NCBI GenBank assembly: GCA_964016885.1
Contig: OZ024741.1
Coordinates: forward strand, 160,642,001-160,706,000
From: Eledone cirrhosa
Lineage: Eukaryota
Length of the DNA: 64,000 nt
Direction of reading: 5' to 3'
Shown: piece by piece, positions 12,136-25,223 of the stretch
Position numbering within the stretch: position 1 is the stretch's first letter
How the letters are laid out: every line of letters starts with the position of its first letter
The notes under the pieces: model-generated
Told to the model about the DNA's origin: nothing
Databases searched by the model: none
The model's input: only the letters and a program-made list of their open reading frames with translations
Translations under genes and position numbers: made by a program

Positions 12136-15100
12136 ATGACCTCACTCAGAATAGGCAGCATAAATGCGCGTGGCTTGGGGTCGTCATGGAAGCAGGGTCA
12201 CCTGCTCAACGACCTCAGGTCACTAAACATAGATGTAGTGGCCATCAGCGAGACCAGAATCTCCGAAGCACGGGCCTTCGCACCGATCTTCGGCGGCTAC
12301 GATGTGTACGCATCTCCCAGCCGTCCTGGATCGGGGGAGGAGTTGCTGTGCTTTTTCGGAGAGGTTTGGATCTCGCCATACGGGCCATCTTCCTGGACCC
12401 AGAGGGTAAGCTGGTGGTGCTGGACGTGACCAGCGGAGACGGGCAAGCTTTCAGGCTAGTGGCCGTCTATGCCCCGACAGGAGCAGGGCGGCCTGATTTC
12501 TTCCGGCGTCTGGAGACCTTTCTTGGAACGTCCCGCTCTTTGGTGTTAGTGGGCGACTGGAACGGGATCTTAGATGCACGCTGGGACTGTGTGGGATTAG
12601 CGGATAGGGGTGGAGGGTGCAAGAGCTTCACCAACCTGCTCAGACGTTTTGAACTGTCTGACAGGTACCGATTGGATTTCCCGAATGTGCCAATGTGGAC
12701 TTGGACAAATCGCGTAGGGTCATCCAGATCATATCTAGATAGAGTATTTTGTAGGGAAATAGATAGGTCAAGCTTAGGCTGTCCACAATTCAAGATAGTC
12801 AGCTACACGGACCACAAATTCGTGATCTGTGTGCTTGACTTAGATAGGCTTCATAGACGAGGACCCGGCTACTGGAAGCTAAACGCGTCCTTACCAGCGC
12901 GCAAGGCCTACAGAGACCGGATTAGCGAACTAGTTAAGCGGGCGTTGACGGGGGCCATCGTCAACAACAAGTGGTGGTTTGCTCTGAAAAGAGCGATTAG
13001 AATAGAATCCATTAGGTTTAGTACGGCTTTAGCAATGGAGAAAAATAGAGCAGAGGGAGAACTAGTTAGAAAATTAGACGAGGCGCTTAGCAAAGGCATT
13101 GCGACCGACGTGCTTGCGGCGAAATTGGCCCTTGACCAATTCTTCAATGCAAAGCACGAAGGCTGCGTTGTCAGAGCTAGGGTGCGTGCTCTCAGACACG
13201 AGGGGACGAAAGCCGTTCAATGGGCCCGAGTGGCGGAGGCGCGTCGTGGCAACAAAGCCACGATCCGGTCTTTGGTGGACCACGACGGGCGCATGCTACT
13301 CGATCCCGGGCAAATGTGTGAAGCTTTTCAGCGACACTTCGCTCAGCTGTTCGGGGGCAGCGGGGGGCCGGGTAGAGGGATGGACTTTAGTGTCTACCTC
13401 GACGGACTGCCGCGGCTCTCGGCCACTGAGGCGAAGTGTTGCGAAAAGCCGATAACAGCCGCTGAAGTAAGGGAGGCAATGACTGGCTGCACAAGGGGTA
13501 AATCGCCTGGTTTGGATGGTCTGCCCTATGAACTTTACGTACAGATGCCAGACTTGTTCGGAGGCCTCTTGGCGGACGTCTACTGCAACTGGCAACAGAA
13601 CGGGAGAATTCCCAGTTCTGTGAGCCGAGGAGCGGTGGCACTGCTGAGAAAGGATCCGAACAAGGGGGATAACATAGACAATTTCCGGCCCATAACTCTG
13701 CTAAACACAGAGTTTAAGATTTTGGCCAAGGTGCTAGCAAAGAGGTTGGCGCTTGTCGTTGGTGGTCTGGTGGGAGAGGCGCAGACATGCGCCATTCCCG
13801 ACAGATCCATCCACGACAACCTCCACCTCATGCGATACATCGTAGAGAGGGTAGCTAGGGAACCTGGCACGGGTGGGTCCTTGATCAATTTAGATCAGTC
13901 GAAAGCTTTCGATAGGGTCGACCATCGTTACCTAGCGGCAGTCCTGAGGGCGGCTGGCTTTGGGCCCGTCTTCAGAGGCTGGATCGCTGCCATGCACAGC
14001 GACATCTGCTCTGTGGTGAGAGTGAACGGTCACCTGTCGGAACCGTTCAACATCATGCGCTCGGTCCGCCAAGGATGTCCCCTCTCGTCCCTCTTGTACG
14101 TATTGACTCTCGAGCCATTACTGCACAAACTGGAGACGTTGAGGGGAGTCCCGCGCGAACTAGGATGCGGAAGATCCGTGTCAGCATATGCGGACGATGT
14201 CACCGTAGTGGTGTCGAACGCCAAACACATCGAGGCGATCGGCACTACACTAAGAGAATACGAAGCGGTGACAGGAGCAATGATCAACCAGGAAAAGTCA
14301 GTGGGCCTGCAGCTCGGCACCTGGAGAGGCAGGTCCATGCCGTCCAACAGCGTCGTCGGGCGCTGGACGGACGGACCGGTTAAATTGCTAGGGGTCTGGT
14401 TCGGTCCGGACCTCCAGACGGACAAAAACTGGGACGAGGTGACGAGCAGGGTGGCTTCTCTCACCCAGAAATGGGCGGAGAGGAAGCTATCCCTGAAAGG
14501 TCGAGCGGAGGTGGCTAACGCGTACATCGCGTCTGTCATCTGCTACCGCCTAACCGTCGTACCTTGTCCTAAGCCTCGCCTGACTGCGCTGGAGCGTTTG
14601 CTCTTTCGCTTTTTGTGGAAGGGACGTGCTCCGATGGTCAGGCGGTCCATCTGTTGTCAACACCCGCTACGTGGAGGGCTGGGCATGCCGTGGCTGATGA
14701 TGCGCAGGCACGCGCTCAGGCTACGACATCTCCACCTCTTCCTCGACGGTGATCAGGTGTGGTCGCCGTTTGCTAGACGCGTTTTTCCCCAGCTCGTTTC
14801 CTTGACGGAGCTGCAGTCCTGGGTCAAGCGAAGACCGAGAGGGAGCGCCTGGAGACTGGAATGTCTTCAGGCGCTCACAGCCCTCGACCAATCGGGCAAT
14901 GTGATCGGTGGAAACTCCACCTCGGCGTTCTATAGAGGATTAGTGGAGGGGAAGAGCGACGACGTACTTGGGGAAACTCTAGGCGTCGACGAAAATCAAC
15001 TAGCCAATCTCTTCGGAAGAACTTTCGGGCCAGGGCCTATGGACAACTTCCAGAAATCTCTGGCCTGGCAGTGCTACCGAGGAGCCTTGCCAGTTCGGGA

Positions 15101-15554
15101 TAAACTCTACAGGCATGGAGGTGCCGTCAGCCGGGCATGTCCGAGATGCGCGCAGGGCGACGAAACCGTCCTGCACGCACTCGTCCAGTGTCCGAAAATT
15201 GCTGACTTGTGGGTTTATGTCGAACACCTGCTGTCGCGTTTAGGACGGATCCAGCTATCATCTGAGTCCATCGTGAGGATTGCCCCGCCCTCCTCCTTTA
15301 GCCGGGAAGGGCAGGCAGTTTTTATCTGTCTGGTGGCCATGGCGAAAGAGATAGTATGGTGGACACGTTTGAAAGGGCTGAAGACGAGCACTTACCTCTT
15401 CGGTGATGCTCTGATTGACTTTTTCAAATTTCATTTGAAAAGGAAAATCAGAGTAGAGAGGGAAGTGCTCTCTTCCCAGCATTTTGTTGAAAGATGGGTG
15501 AGAGAAGCAAGAATGGCCCGAGTGAATGGGCCGACTCTGAGTATATATCTGTAA
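12136..15554 (+). CDS. Tx1-like ORF2p (AP endonuclease + reverse transcriptase), 1-nt frameshift at ~12335 (copy 1)
   Basis: MTSLRIGSINARGL..ISET in one frame, then GGVAVL..GDWN..YLDR..TDH..KSPGLDGL..QGCPLS..YADD..CPRC..HALVQC in the other; G run tcgggggagg is one base short. Confidence 0.9.
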
Positions 15555-16084
15555 ACTAAGGGTGGAAAACTGGGAGAGGGCACTTGCCTTGGTGGTCAGG
15601 GTCATTGTGGCTTTTTACTGGGCTTTCTCCACAAATGTCCCTCCGAAGTCTCCCCCCTATTGGGGAATTTTTCATTGTTATTTTCATTGTTATTTTTGTT
15701 ACATCCTCTGTTTTTGTTTTTTTACACGCAGAAATGCCCATTTGTACCGTCCTGCATTGTCCTGCACTGTCCTTAATGTCTACTTTATGTAAACCCTTGT
15801 GGTTAATAAAGAAATCATTATTTCTATCAGCATGTCTATGTCACTTTTATTATTATTATTATTATTGAATGCTATGGTTGACGGAGGCTCGGCTCTGTAA
15901 GGTATTGTAAATTTTGAACACTATAACAATTGTAAATTGTTTAAAACTTTAACGAACTTGTAGACAAAAACACCCTCCTCCTCGTGAGAGGGGTCTTTCT
16001 GCCCGTTATTTGGCCCTTCGGGGTTAAATAACTGCTTATTGGGGTTTTGTACCCAATATTTATTTTAAACAAAAAAAAAAAAAC

Positions 16085-18184
16085 ATGGCTACGAAAAAGA
16101 AATTTCATAGGTCACTCCCACTCATTCCGTCTTCTTCTTCCTCAATCATCACTACAGCAGAGAGAAGATTGTCTCTCTCCCTCCCTTCTTTAAATGTGTC
16201 TCTCTCCCTCCCTTCTCTTTCGCAAGCGACGAAAGAAAAGAAAAGTCTCGTGCAAAGCGTGCAAGGTTTCTCCACGACGACGACGACAGCGACGAAACAG
16301 GTGTGCGGGAAATACGAAAACCCAGTTCATTCGTCTGACGTCAGGAATAATAGCAGTAGCAGCCGTAATAACAACAGCAACAGTGACAATGAAAACAACA
16401 GTAGCAGCCGCAACAGCATCACCAGCAGCATAAACAACAACAGCATTAGCAGCAGCAACACCAACAACAACCACAGCAACAGCGGCGGAGGCAGTAGTCG
16501 TAGTACCTGCAGCAACAACAAAAGTAACAGCAGCTCTGACGACAACAACAACAACAGCAGCAAAGAAAAACCAATCTCATTTGCAGGTATTGCGAAAAAC
16601 TTGGAAACAATCCTCATAACAAATGAGGAATTAGAGGAAGCGAAGAAGATGGTGACAAAGACTAGACACCGAGCAATCTGCAAGGCAACGGAAAAATTTT
16701 TCGAAACCCAACAGCACTGTACGGTCACGTACCGTACAGTAAGTACAAAATCCCGTAGGGTGGAAAGAGCCACAGAGGCTCAAATACAAAAAGCCTTGGG
16801 GTCTGTGTGGCAGCGGAAAACGCACATCACCCGAGGCAAAAAATATGCTACCGTAGACGTACTTTTTGCCACACCCCAGGAGGCAAAGGCCCAATCCGTA
16901 GTGACCCTAAGGAGCGAGGAAATGGTGTTGGTGCCCTCCTACTGCGGGCAAAAAATTGTGAGGGTCAAACTGACCCACGTCCCCCCCGGGATGGCCCCTT
17001 CTTGGCTGGCCGCGTCTGTCCTCGTCGGAATCGAGGACAAAACAACTGTACTGCAAGTACAGAATAAAGTAAGAGAAGATTGGGTCGGCACCTCCATTGA
17101 GATGCTAATCCAAACCAACCAGGAGTGCATCGAAGCTATCCCGGATGTGATAGACTTCGATAACGGCACTCAACTGCCCATAAGTGTTGAGGGAAAACGC
17201 CCGAAATGCTTTCGCTGTGCATCGAAGACTCACCTCAGGGCCTTCTGCAACGAGAAGACCCTGAGAAAGGAGAAAACCCCCCTCCTTCCGAAACCGGCTC
17301 CACGGCTACCAGCAACAGGACAAGCGGCAACCAGGAACGATAGGTCCGTGGCACCCATACCCACGCCACGGAAATCAAAAACAGCAGCAGCAGTGGAAAT
17401 ATTAACAACAACAACAGCAATACCAAATGCAGCTGCAACAGAGACTCCAGTGCAAACATCACCAACAACAAGTGAAAGAGTGGAGCTGGTACCCCTCCCC
17501 GACCTCACAGAATCAGACATGGAGTGTGAGGTGGGAGAGAGATGGCAAAAGGTCGTAAGAAGGCACAAACGCAGAAGCAGCGCATCGTCGCCTTTGAAAA
17601 GGGAGGAAAGAAATGAGAAATGGGTAAAGTCTACTGCAAAGAGACCCACAGCAGCAACACCACCAACACCATCACCACCCACACTAGCACCACCATCACC
17701 ACCGGCGACAACCCCACCGCCAACAACACCTTCAACACCACCACCACAAGCACCAACATCGCAAACACAACAACAAAACACACACACCCAGGAACAACGA
17801 CAAGAAAATAGCAGAACCACACCCCACCCCCAGAAAAACAAATGCACGGCAATAAATACACACAACAAGAAACTAATGACTTACATAATTGAACACACAG
17901 ACATTTCACAACACGACTACATAATACCAGCACCAATCAAAACGCCGACTAACATAATACTGCTAAAAATAGCACAGAAACAATACACAAACATTAAAAC
18001 GAAATTCCCCAACGCAGTTGGGGATTTCAGGGACCTAGGAGGAACTATCAATCGAAGAGTATATTCAGACATTCTCATAGAAGAGCCGACGACCAGCCGA
18101 AGGGACGATTCAACGGTCCCTTCACCAGACGATCAAGTGAAAAGGGATGTAAAAACCATCCCTCCTCTACGAAAAGTACGGTAA
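16085..18184 (+). CDS. Tx1-like ORF1p (copy 2)
   Basis: Translation identical to copy 1. Confidence 0.85.
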   Translation: MATKKKFHRSLPLIPSSSSSIITTAERRLSLSLPSLNVSLSLPSLSQATKEKKSLVQSVQGFSTTTTTATKQVCGKYENPVHSSDVRNNSSSSRNNNSNSDNENNSSSRNSITSSINNNSISSSNTNNNHSNSGGGSSRSTCSNNKSNSSSDDNNNNSSKEKPISFAGIAKNLETILITNEELEEAKKMVTKTRHRAICKATEKFFETQQHCTVTYRTVSTKSRRVERATEAQIQKALGSVWQRKTHITRGKKYATVDVLFATPQEAKAQSVVTLRSEEMVLVPSYCGQKIVRVKLTHVPPGMAPSWLAASVLVGIEDKTTVLQVQNKVREDWVGTSIEMLIQTNQECIEAIPDVIDFDNGTQLPISVEGKRPKCFRCASKTHLRAFCNEKTLRKEKTPLLPKPAPRLPATGQAATRNDRSVAPIPTPRKSKTAAAVEILTTTTAIPNAAATETPVQTSPTTSERVELVPLPDLTESDMECEVGERWQKVVRRHKRRSSASSPLKREERNEKWVKSTAKRPTAATPPTPSPPTLAPPSPPATTPPPTTPSTPPPQAPTSQTQQQNTHTQEQRQENSRTTPHPQKNKCTAINTHNKKLMTYIIEHTDISQHDYIIPAPIKTPTNIILLKIAQKQYTNIKTKFPNAVGDFRDLGGTINRRVYSDILIEEPTTSRRDDSTVPSPDDQVKRDVKTIPPLRKVR

Positions 18185-18219
18185 GTGGTCTTTCCCATCT
18201 TTTCCACTCTATTTTAAAC

Positions 18220-21200
18220 ATGACCTCACTCAGAATAGGCAGCATAAATGCGCGTGGCTTGGGGTCGTCATGGAAGCAGGGTCACCTGCTCAACGACCTC
18301 AGGTCACTAAACATAGATGTAGTGGCCATCAGCGAGACCAGAATCTCCGAAGCACGGGCCTTCGCACCGATCTTCGGCGGCTACGATGTGTACGCATCTC
18401 CCAGCCGTCCTGGATCGGGGGAGGAGTTGCTGTGCTTTTTCGGAGAGGTTTGGATCTCGCCATACGGGCCATCTTCCTGGACCCAGAGGGTAAGCTGGTG
18501 GTGCTGGACGTGACCAGCGGAGACGGGCAAGCTTTCAGGCTAGTGGCCGTCTATGCCCCGACAGGAGCAGGGCGGCCTGATTTCTTCCGGCGTCTGGAGA
18601 CCTTTCTTGGAACGTCCCGCTCTTTGGTGTTAGTGGGCGACTGGAACGGGATCTTAGATGCACGCTGGGACTGTGTGGGATTAGCGGATAGGGGTGGAGG
18701 GTGCAAGAGCTTCACCAACCTGCTCAGACGTTTTGAACTGTCTGACAGGTACCGATTGGATTTCCCGAATGTGCCAATGTGGACTTGGACAAATCGCGTA
18801 GGGTCATCCAGATCATATCTAGATAGAGTATTTTGTAGGGAAATAGATAGGTCAAGCTTAGGCTGTCCACAATTCAAGATAGTCAGCTACACGGACCACA
18901 AATTCGTGATCTGTGTGCTTGACTTAGATAGGCTTCATAGACGAGGACCCGGCTACTGGAAGCTAAACGCGTCCTTACCAGCGCGCAAGGCCTACAGAGA
19001 CCGGATTAGCGAACTAGTTAAGCGGGCGTTGACGGGGGCCATCGTCAACAACAAGTGGTGGTTTGCTCTGAAAAGAGCGATTAGAATAGAATCCATTAGG
19101 TTTAGTACGGCTTTAGCAATGGAGAAAAATAGAGCAGAGGGAGAACTAGTTAGAAAATTAGACGAGGCGCTTAGCAAAGGCATTGCGACCGACGTGCTTG
19201 CGGCGAAATTGGCCCTTGACCAATTCTTCCATGCAAAGCACGAAGGCTGCGTTGTCAGAGCAAGGGTGCGTGCTCTCAGACACGAGGGGACGAAAGCCGT
19301 TCAATGGGTCCGAGTGGCAGAGGCACGTCGTGGAAACAAAGCCACGATCCGGTCTTTGGTGGACCACGACGGGCGCATGCTACTCGATCCCGGGCAAATG
19401 TGTGAAGCTTTTCAGCGACACTTCGCTCAGCTGTTCGGGGGCAGCGGTGGGCCGGGTCGAGGGATGGACTTTAGTGTCTACCTCGACGGACTGCCGCGGC
19501 TCTCGGCCACTGGGGCGAAATGTTGCGAAAAGACGATAACAGCCGCTGAAGTAAGGGAGGCAATGACTGGCTGCACAAGGGGTAAATCGCCTGGTTTGGA
19601 TGGTCTGCCCTATGAACTTTACGTACAGATGCCAGACTTGTTCGGATGCCTCTTGGCGGACGTCTACTGCAACTGGCAACAGAACGGGAGAATTCCCAGT
19701 TCTGTGAGCCGAGGAGCGGTGGCACTGCTGAGAAAGGATCCGAACAAGGGGGATAACATAGATAATTTCCGGCCCATAACTCTGCTAAACACAGAGTTCA
19801 AGATTTTGGCCAAGGTGCTAGCAAAGAGGTTGGCGCTTGTCGTTGGTGGTCTGGTGGGAGTGGCGCAGACATGCACCATTCCCGACAGATCCATCCACGA
19901 CAACCTCCACCTCATGCGATACATCGTAGAGAGGGTAGCTAAGGAACCTGGCACGGGTGGGTCCTTGATCAATTTAGATCAGTCGAAAGCTTTCGATAGG
20001 GTCGACCATCGTTACCTAGCGGCAGTCCTGAGGGCGGCTGGATTTGGGCGCGTCTTCAGAGGCTGGATCGCTGCCAGGCACAGCGACATCTGCTCTGTGG
20101 TGAGAGTGAACGGTCACCTGTCGGAACCGTTCAACATCATGCGCTCGGTCCGCCAAGGATGTCCCCTCTCGTCCCTCTTGTACGTATTGACTCTCGAGCC
20201 ATTACTGCACAAACTGGAGACGTTGAGGGGCGTCCTGCGCGAACTAGGATGCGGAAGATCCGTGTCAGCATATGCGGACGATGTCACCGTAGTGGTGTCG
20301 AACGCCAAACACATCGAGGCGATCGGCACTACACTAAGAGAATACGAAGCGGTGACAGGAGCAATGATCAACCAGGAAAAGTCAGTGGGCCTGCAGCTCG
20401 GCACCTGGAGAGGCAGGTCCATGCCGTCCAACAGCGTCGTCGGACGCTGGACGGACGGACCGATTAAATTGCTAGGGGTCTGGTTCGGTCCGGACCTCCA
20501 GACGGACACAAACTGGGACGAGGTGACGAGCAGGGTGGCTTCTCTCACCCAGAAATGGGCGGAGAGGAAGCTATCCCTGAAAGGTCGAGCGGAGGTGGCT
20601 AACGCGTACATCTCGTCTGTCATCTGCTACCGCCTGACCGTCGTACCTTGTCCTAAGCCTCGCCTGACTGCGCTGGAGCGTTTGCTCTTTCGCTTTTTGT
20701 GGAAGGGACGCGCTCCGATGGTCAGGCGGTCCATCTGTTGTCAACACCCGCTATGTGGAGGGCTGGGCATGCCGTGGCTGATGATGCGCAGGCACGCGCT
20801 CAGGCTACGACATCTCCACCTTTTCCTCGACGGTGATCAGGTGTGGTCGCCGTTTGCTAGACACGTATTTCCCCAGCTCGTTTCCTTGACGGAGCTGCAG
20901 TCCTGGGTCAAGCGAAGACCGAGAGGGAGCGTCTGGAGACTGGAATGTCTTCAGGCGCTCACAGCCCTCGACCAATCGGGCAATGTGATCGGTGGAAACT
21001 CCACCTCGGCGTTCTATAGAGGATTAGTGGAGGGGAAGAGCGACGACGTACTTGGGGAAACTCTAGGCGTCGACGAAAATCAACTAGCCAATCTCTTCGG
21101 AAGAACTTTCGGGCCGGGGCCTATGGACAACTTCCAGAAATCTCTGGCCTGGCAGTGCTACCGAGGAGCCTTGCCAGTTCGGGATAAACTCTACAGGCAT

Positions 21201-21638
21201 GGAGGTGCCGTCAGCCGGGCATGTCCGAGATGCGCGCAGGGCGACGAAACCGTCCTGCACGCACTCGTCCAGTGTCCGAAAATTGCTGACTTGTGGGTTT
21301 ATGTCGAACACCTGCTGTCGCGTTTAGGACGGATCCGGCTATCATCTGAGTCCATCGTGAGGATTGCCCCGCCCTCCTCCTTTAGCCCGGAAGGGCAGGC
21401 AGTTTTTATCTGTCTGGTGGCCATGGCGAAAGAGATAGTATGGTGGACACGTTTGAAAGGGCTGAAGACGAGCACTTACCTCTTCGGTGATGCTCTGATT
21501 GACTTTTTCAAATTTCATTTGAAAAGGAAAATCAGAGTAGAGAGGGGAGTGCTCTCTTCTCACCATTTTGTTGAAAGATGGGTGAGAGAAGCAAGAATGG
21601 CCCGAGTGAATGGGCCTACTCTGAGTATATATCTGTAA
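18220..21638 (+). CDS. Tx1-like ORF2p with the same frameshift at ~18419 (copy 2)
   Basis: Same motifs as copy 1; substitutions seen from 19230 onward. Confidence 0.9.
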
Positions 21639-21887
21639 ATTAAAGGTGGAAAACTGGGAGAGGGCACTTGCCTTGGTGGTCAGGGTCATTGTGGCTTTTT
21701 ACTGGGCTTTCTCCACAAATGTCCCTCCGAAGTCTCCCCCCTATTGGGGAATTTTTCATTGTTATTTTTTTGTTACATCCTCTGTTTTTGTTTTTTACAC
21801 GCAGAAATGCCCATTTGTACCGTCCTGCATTGTCCTGCACTGTCCTTAATGTCTACTTTATGCAAACCCTTGTGGTTAATAAAGAAA

Positions 21888-21947
<60 letters not shown>

Positions 21948-21951
<4 letters not shown>

Positions 21952-22020
21952 GGGGTCGATAAAATAAAGTACCAGTAATGCACTGGGATAATTGCTGACA
22001 TTGTGCCAAAAGTAGAAACA

Positions 22021-22081
<61 letters not shown>
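21948..22081 (+). mobile_element. SINE 3' fragment with long (ATT)n tail
   Basis: cggggtcgataaaataaagtaccag...gtagaaacaattatt. Confidence 0.8.
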
Positions 22082-22083
<2 letters not shown>

Positions 22084-22287
22084 CTCCAGATAAATTTAAA
22101 CTGTTGAGTGCTTCATATCTGTTATGAACATAACTATTGAATACTTATCAACAAAACCTATAACTCATTGTGTATATATATAATATATATATATCCTCTT
22201 TTCTTCTCTCTTTTCTCTTCCTGTCGATTATCTAAATCCTTTTTTTGTCATACTTTCATCATTGTATACTTCTGTTCAACAATAAAT

Positions 22288-22387
22288 TCACCTGATGTGT
22301 GTTAAATGAATTATCTGGGTAAAAAAATCCGCGAAGATCTAACGCAGCTGGAGTGGTTGAATGTATAAGAAAGACAATATCTTGTGA
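22288..22387 (+). ncRNA. Degenerate hammerhead-like motif
   Basis: UCAC CUGAUGU ...long weak stem II... GAAA GA-caaua-UC UU GUGA; A9 changed. Confidence 0.3.
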
Positions 22388-23006
22388 TATATATTTAATA
22401 CATGAACTTATTTAAAATGAATATTTAAATAATCTCTAAAGTAGTTGTGAGGAAATTAAGGAACAATAAATAAACGAACAAATAAATAAAGGAGTCTGAA
22501 TAACGTTTGTGTGTAAAACTATGGGGGATAACTCTAAAGAACACCTTAAACACGGGAGATAACTCACATAAAGAGAAATAACTCTAAAATTTCTTAGATA
22601 TTTTAAATTGAAAAACTTATATTTTTTAATTTAATAGATATACACAGCAATATATAAAACCGAAAATCAAATAAACAAAATAACTTGAAAAAAGAGCGAA
22701 CTCTACATTTTCGTAGGACGGCATATCTAAGCTACAGCCCGCAGTGACTTGCATGCATGTATGAGATCCTTAACTCCTGGAGTCGTAAGGGCGCCGTAGT
22801 GATTTGGACATCTAAACATAGTGATGCTTATCCTTCTCCATGTCGGAGCCTAGCGGGTTTCCTCAAGAAAATTAGCAAGAGAGAGAGAGTCTAACCACCC
22901 CTAGGAACTGACTCTTTAATTAATGACACCTAAAGGACAAACGCAAAGCTGACCTCAGCAGGATTTGAACTCAAACTGGAAAAGGATCGCTAAAGTAAAG
23001 AATCAT

Positions 23007-23195
23007 CAAATAATTGTTTCTACTTTGGGCACAAAGCCAGCAATTACCCCAGTGTATTGCTGGCACTTTATTTTATCGACCCCATAAGGATGAAAAGCAA
23101 AGTTAACCTCGGGGGGATTTGAACTCAGATCATAAAGGGCCGTAACTCTATGCTGCAAAGCTTGGCATCCGACCCTCCACCGATACTGCCAATCC
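23007..23195 (-). mobile_element. tRNA-derived SINE
   Basis: Reverse complement of the 6811-7008 family. Confidence 0.8.
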
Positions 23196-23427
23196 ACATG
23201 ACGAGTGGGTATGGATGGTTTTTATTTAACTGTGTCACACACACACCCCTCTCTCTCTCTCTGTACCTAACCAAGGATGTAGAATCTACCCCTTCTATTT
23301 TTTTTCATTATTTAATTCTCTCTCTCTCTCTCTCTCGATTCCTCAATGTGTGGTTTTGTAGTTAACAGAAGAAATCGTAATTTTATTGTAGTACGTTAAC
23401 AGAGGAGTAGAAGTTAGTGAACTAGTG

Positions 23428-23543
23428 CTACTACTACAAATACTGATACTAATAATATCGATGCTACTACTACTTCTACTATTACCAATACTAACACCAG
23501 CACCACCACTACTACTAACATCGGCACCACCATTACTACTACA

Positions 23544-23595
<52 letters not shown>

Positions 23596-23596
23596 T

Positions 23597-23629
<33 letters not shown>

Positions 23630-23659
23630 AACTACTACTACTACTATTACTATTACTAC
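23428..23659. repeat. (CTA)n compound microsatellite
   Basis: Direct sequence. Confidence 0.9.
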
Positions 23660-24007
23660 GGCGGTGCGATGTTTTATTCCACGATATTTTATTCCACGTT
23701 GCTTCAGCCCACTCAGGTGAGAAAAAGGAGTTGTATCTACAAATCAGAAAATCAGCCTTGTCACACTATATTATGCTGAATTTCCTTGGAATTGCGTTAA
23801 AGTACATGTGTCTCTGGAATGTTCACCCAATTACTCGTTAATTTCACTAGAGAGCTGTTCCGCTGATCAAACAGTCACAACTGACGAAGTTCCAACAAAA
23901 TATTGCATGAAGCTACACTAGCATTATTATATTAACAGAAAATAAGCTGGCCGATCAGTCTTTATTTTAAATGAAATACAGTACTGTTATTATTGTTGTT
24001 TACTTCA

Positions 24008-24232
24008 AGGGCGGTGGATTGGCAGTATTGGTAGAGGGTCAGACGCCATGCTTTCCAGCATAGAGTTACGGCCCTTTATGATCTTAGTTCAAATCCCGCC
24101 GAGGTTAACTTTGCCTTTCATCCTTACGGGGTCGATAAAATAAAGTACCAGTCACGAACTGGGGTCGATTTAATCGACTTACCCCTCCCCCAAAGTTGCT
24201 AGCCTTGTGCCTATATAAGAAATCATTATTGT
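24008..24232 (+). mobile_element. tRNA-derived SINE, near full length
   Basis: ggcggtggattggcag..gttcaaatcccgccgagg..core..gccttgtgcctatataagaaatcattatt. Confidence 0.85.
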
Positions 24233-24389
24233 TATTTACTTCCCTTTACAAAACGGTGTTCTTCCAAAGGGTCTTTGTTGTAACGTTACACGATAGAGTG
24301 CGTAGCTCGGAGATCAGAGAGTCACTCCAGGTAGAGCTATTCTTCTCCAAATTGAGAGATCACAGCTCTGATACTACTCGTATGTACTG

Positions 24390-25150
24390 AGGAGAAGCCA
24401 ATTCATATCTGCAAAGACTCAAGAAAACCGTTTAATCTGTAATAAGCGGTTACTTAACAAAGTTAAAAACCATCACGAATATGACATGCTTTGGCTCATC
24501 TCTAAAGAGAAAAACTTCACCCAAAACCAAATGTCTACCAGGAGAAATGACAATTATGTGCAATTCCTCTTAATTTCCTCAGAATGAAGCACACTGCGTT
24601 TCCTGTAATTGTCATGACTTTGGGAGTGGTGAGTAATATCGTGTTGTGCCACCTAACATCTTTTCATAGGGTTTTAGAATTAATACTGCCGTATATGCTG
24701 GATGGATTAAGTACGCAGTTGAAGGATATAGATATTTCAACAAGACTCAGCGCCTTTTCACCAAGCCAACATAGCTCAAGAATGAATGTCGGACAATCTT
24801 TACGATCATGTAACACCAAACTTGTGGTTTCCAAACTCGCTAGATGTAATTCCCATGGACTACTACGTTTTAAGAGTTGTTGAAAAGGAGATTGATCGGC
24901 ATCCTCACAATGCCATGGCTTTACCGAAGGGCACTAGTTTCTAGGTGATATCCGAATTGAAAAAGAGTCATATCAATGATTCTAGTCATGTATTGAATCA
25001 GTCATCGAAAGTGTAGACTGATTCATAAACTAATCTTATCAGAAAGCTTATCGAAATTATGTGAACAAACAGTTATTAAAGCACATATGCTTTTGCTAGC
25101 TAGATTAGAGTTGTTCTATTAAGTTACCAAATATATCCCCAAACTTCCCA
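24390..25150 (+). pseudogene. Degraded Tc1/mariner-superfamily transposase
   Basis: Frameshifted remnants VMTLGVVS, FQQDSAP, NSLDCNSHGL (WPPNSPDCNPMDY-like). Confidence 0.6.
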
Positions 25151-25190
25151 TAAACCATGTGTGGGGGTTATGTATATATATTTCTTCTTC

Positions 25191-25217
<27 letters not shown>

Positions 25218-25223
<6 letters not shown>

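Larger units (their letters stand above)
9783..15816 (+). mobile_element. Tx1-clade LINE, copy 1 (full length)
   Basis: ORF1 + ORF2 (APE-RT-Zn), follows (ATT)n, ends aataaagaaatc. Confidence 0.92.
15867..21889 (+). mobile_element. Tx1-clade LINE, copy 2 (full length), followed by (ATT)n
   Basis: Offset 6084 bp from copy 1. Confidence 0.92.

Noticed and set aside
10106-15868. Many antisense or overlapping ORFs within the LINEs
   Set aside because: Shadow ORFs of the real ORF1/ORF2
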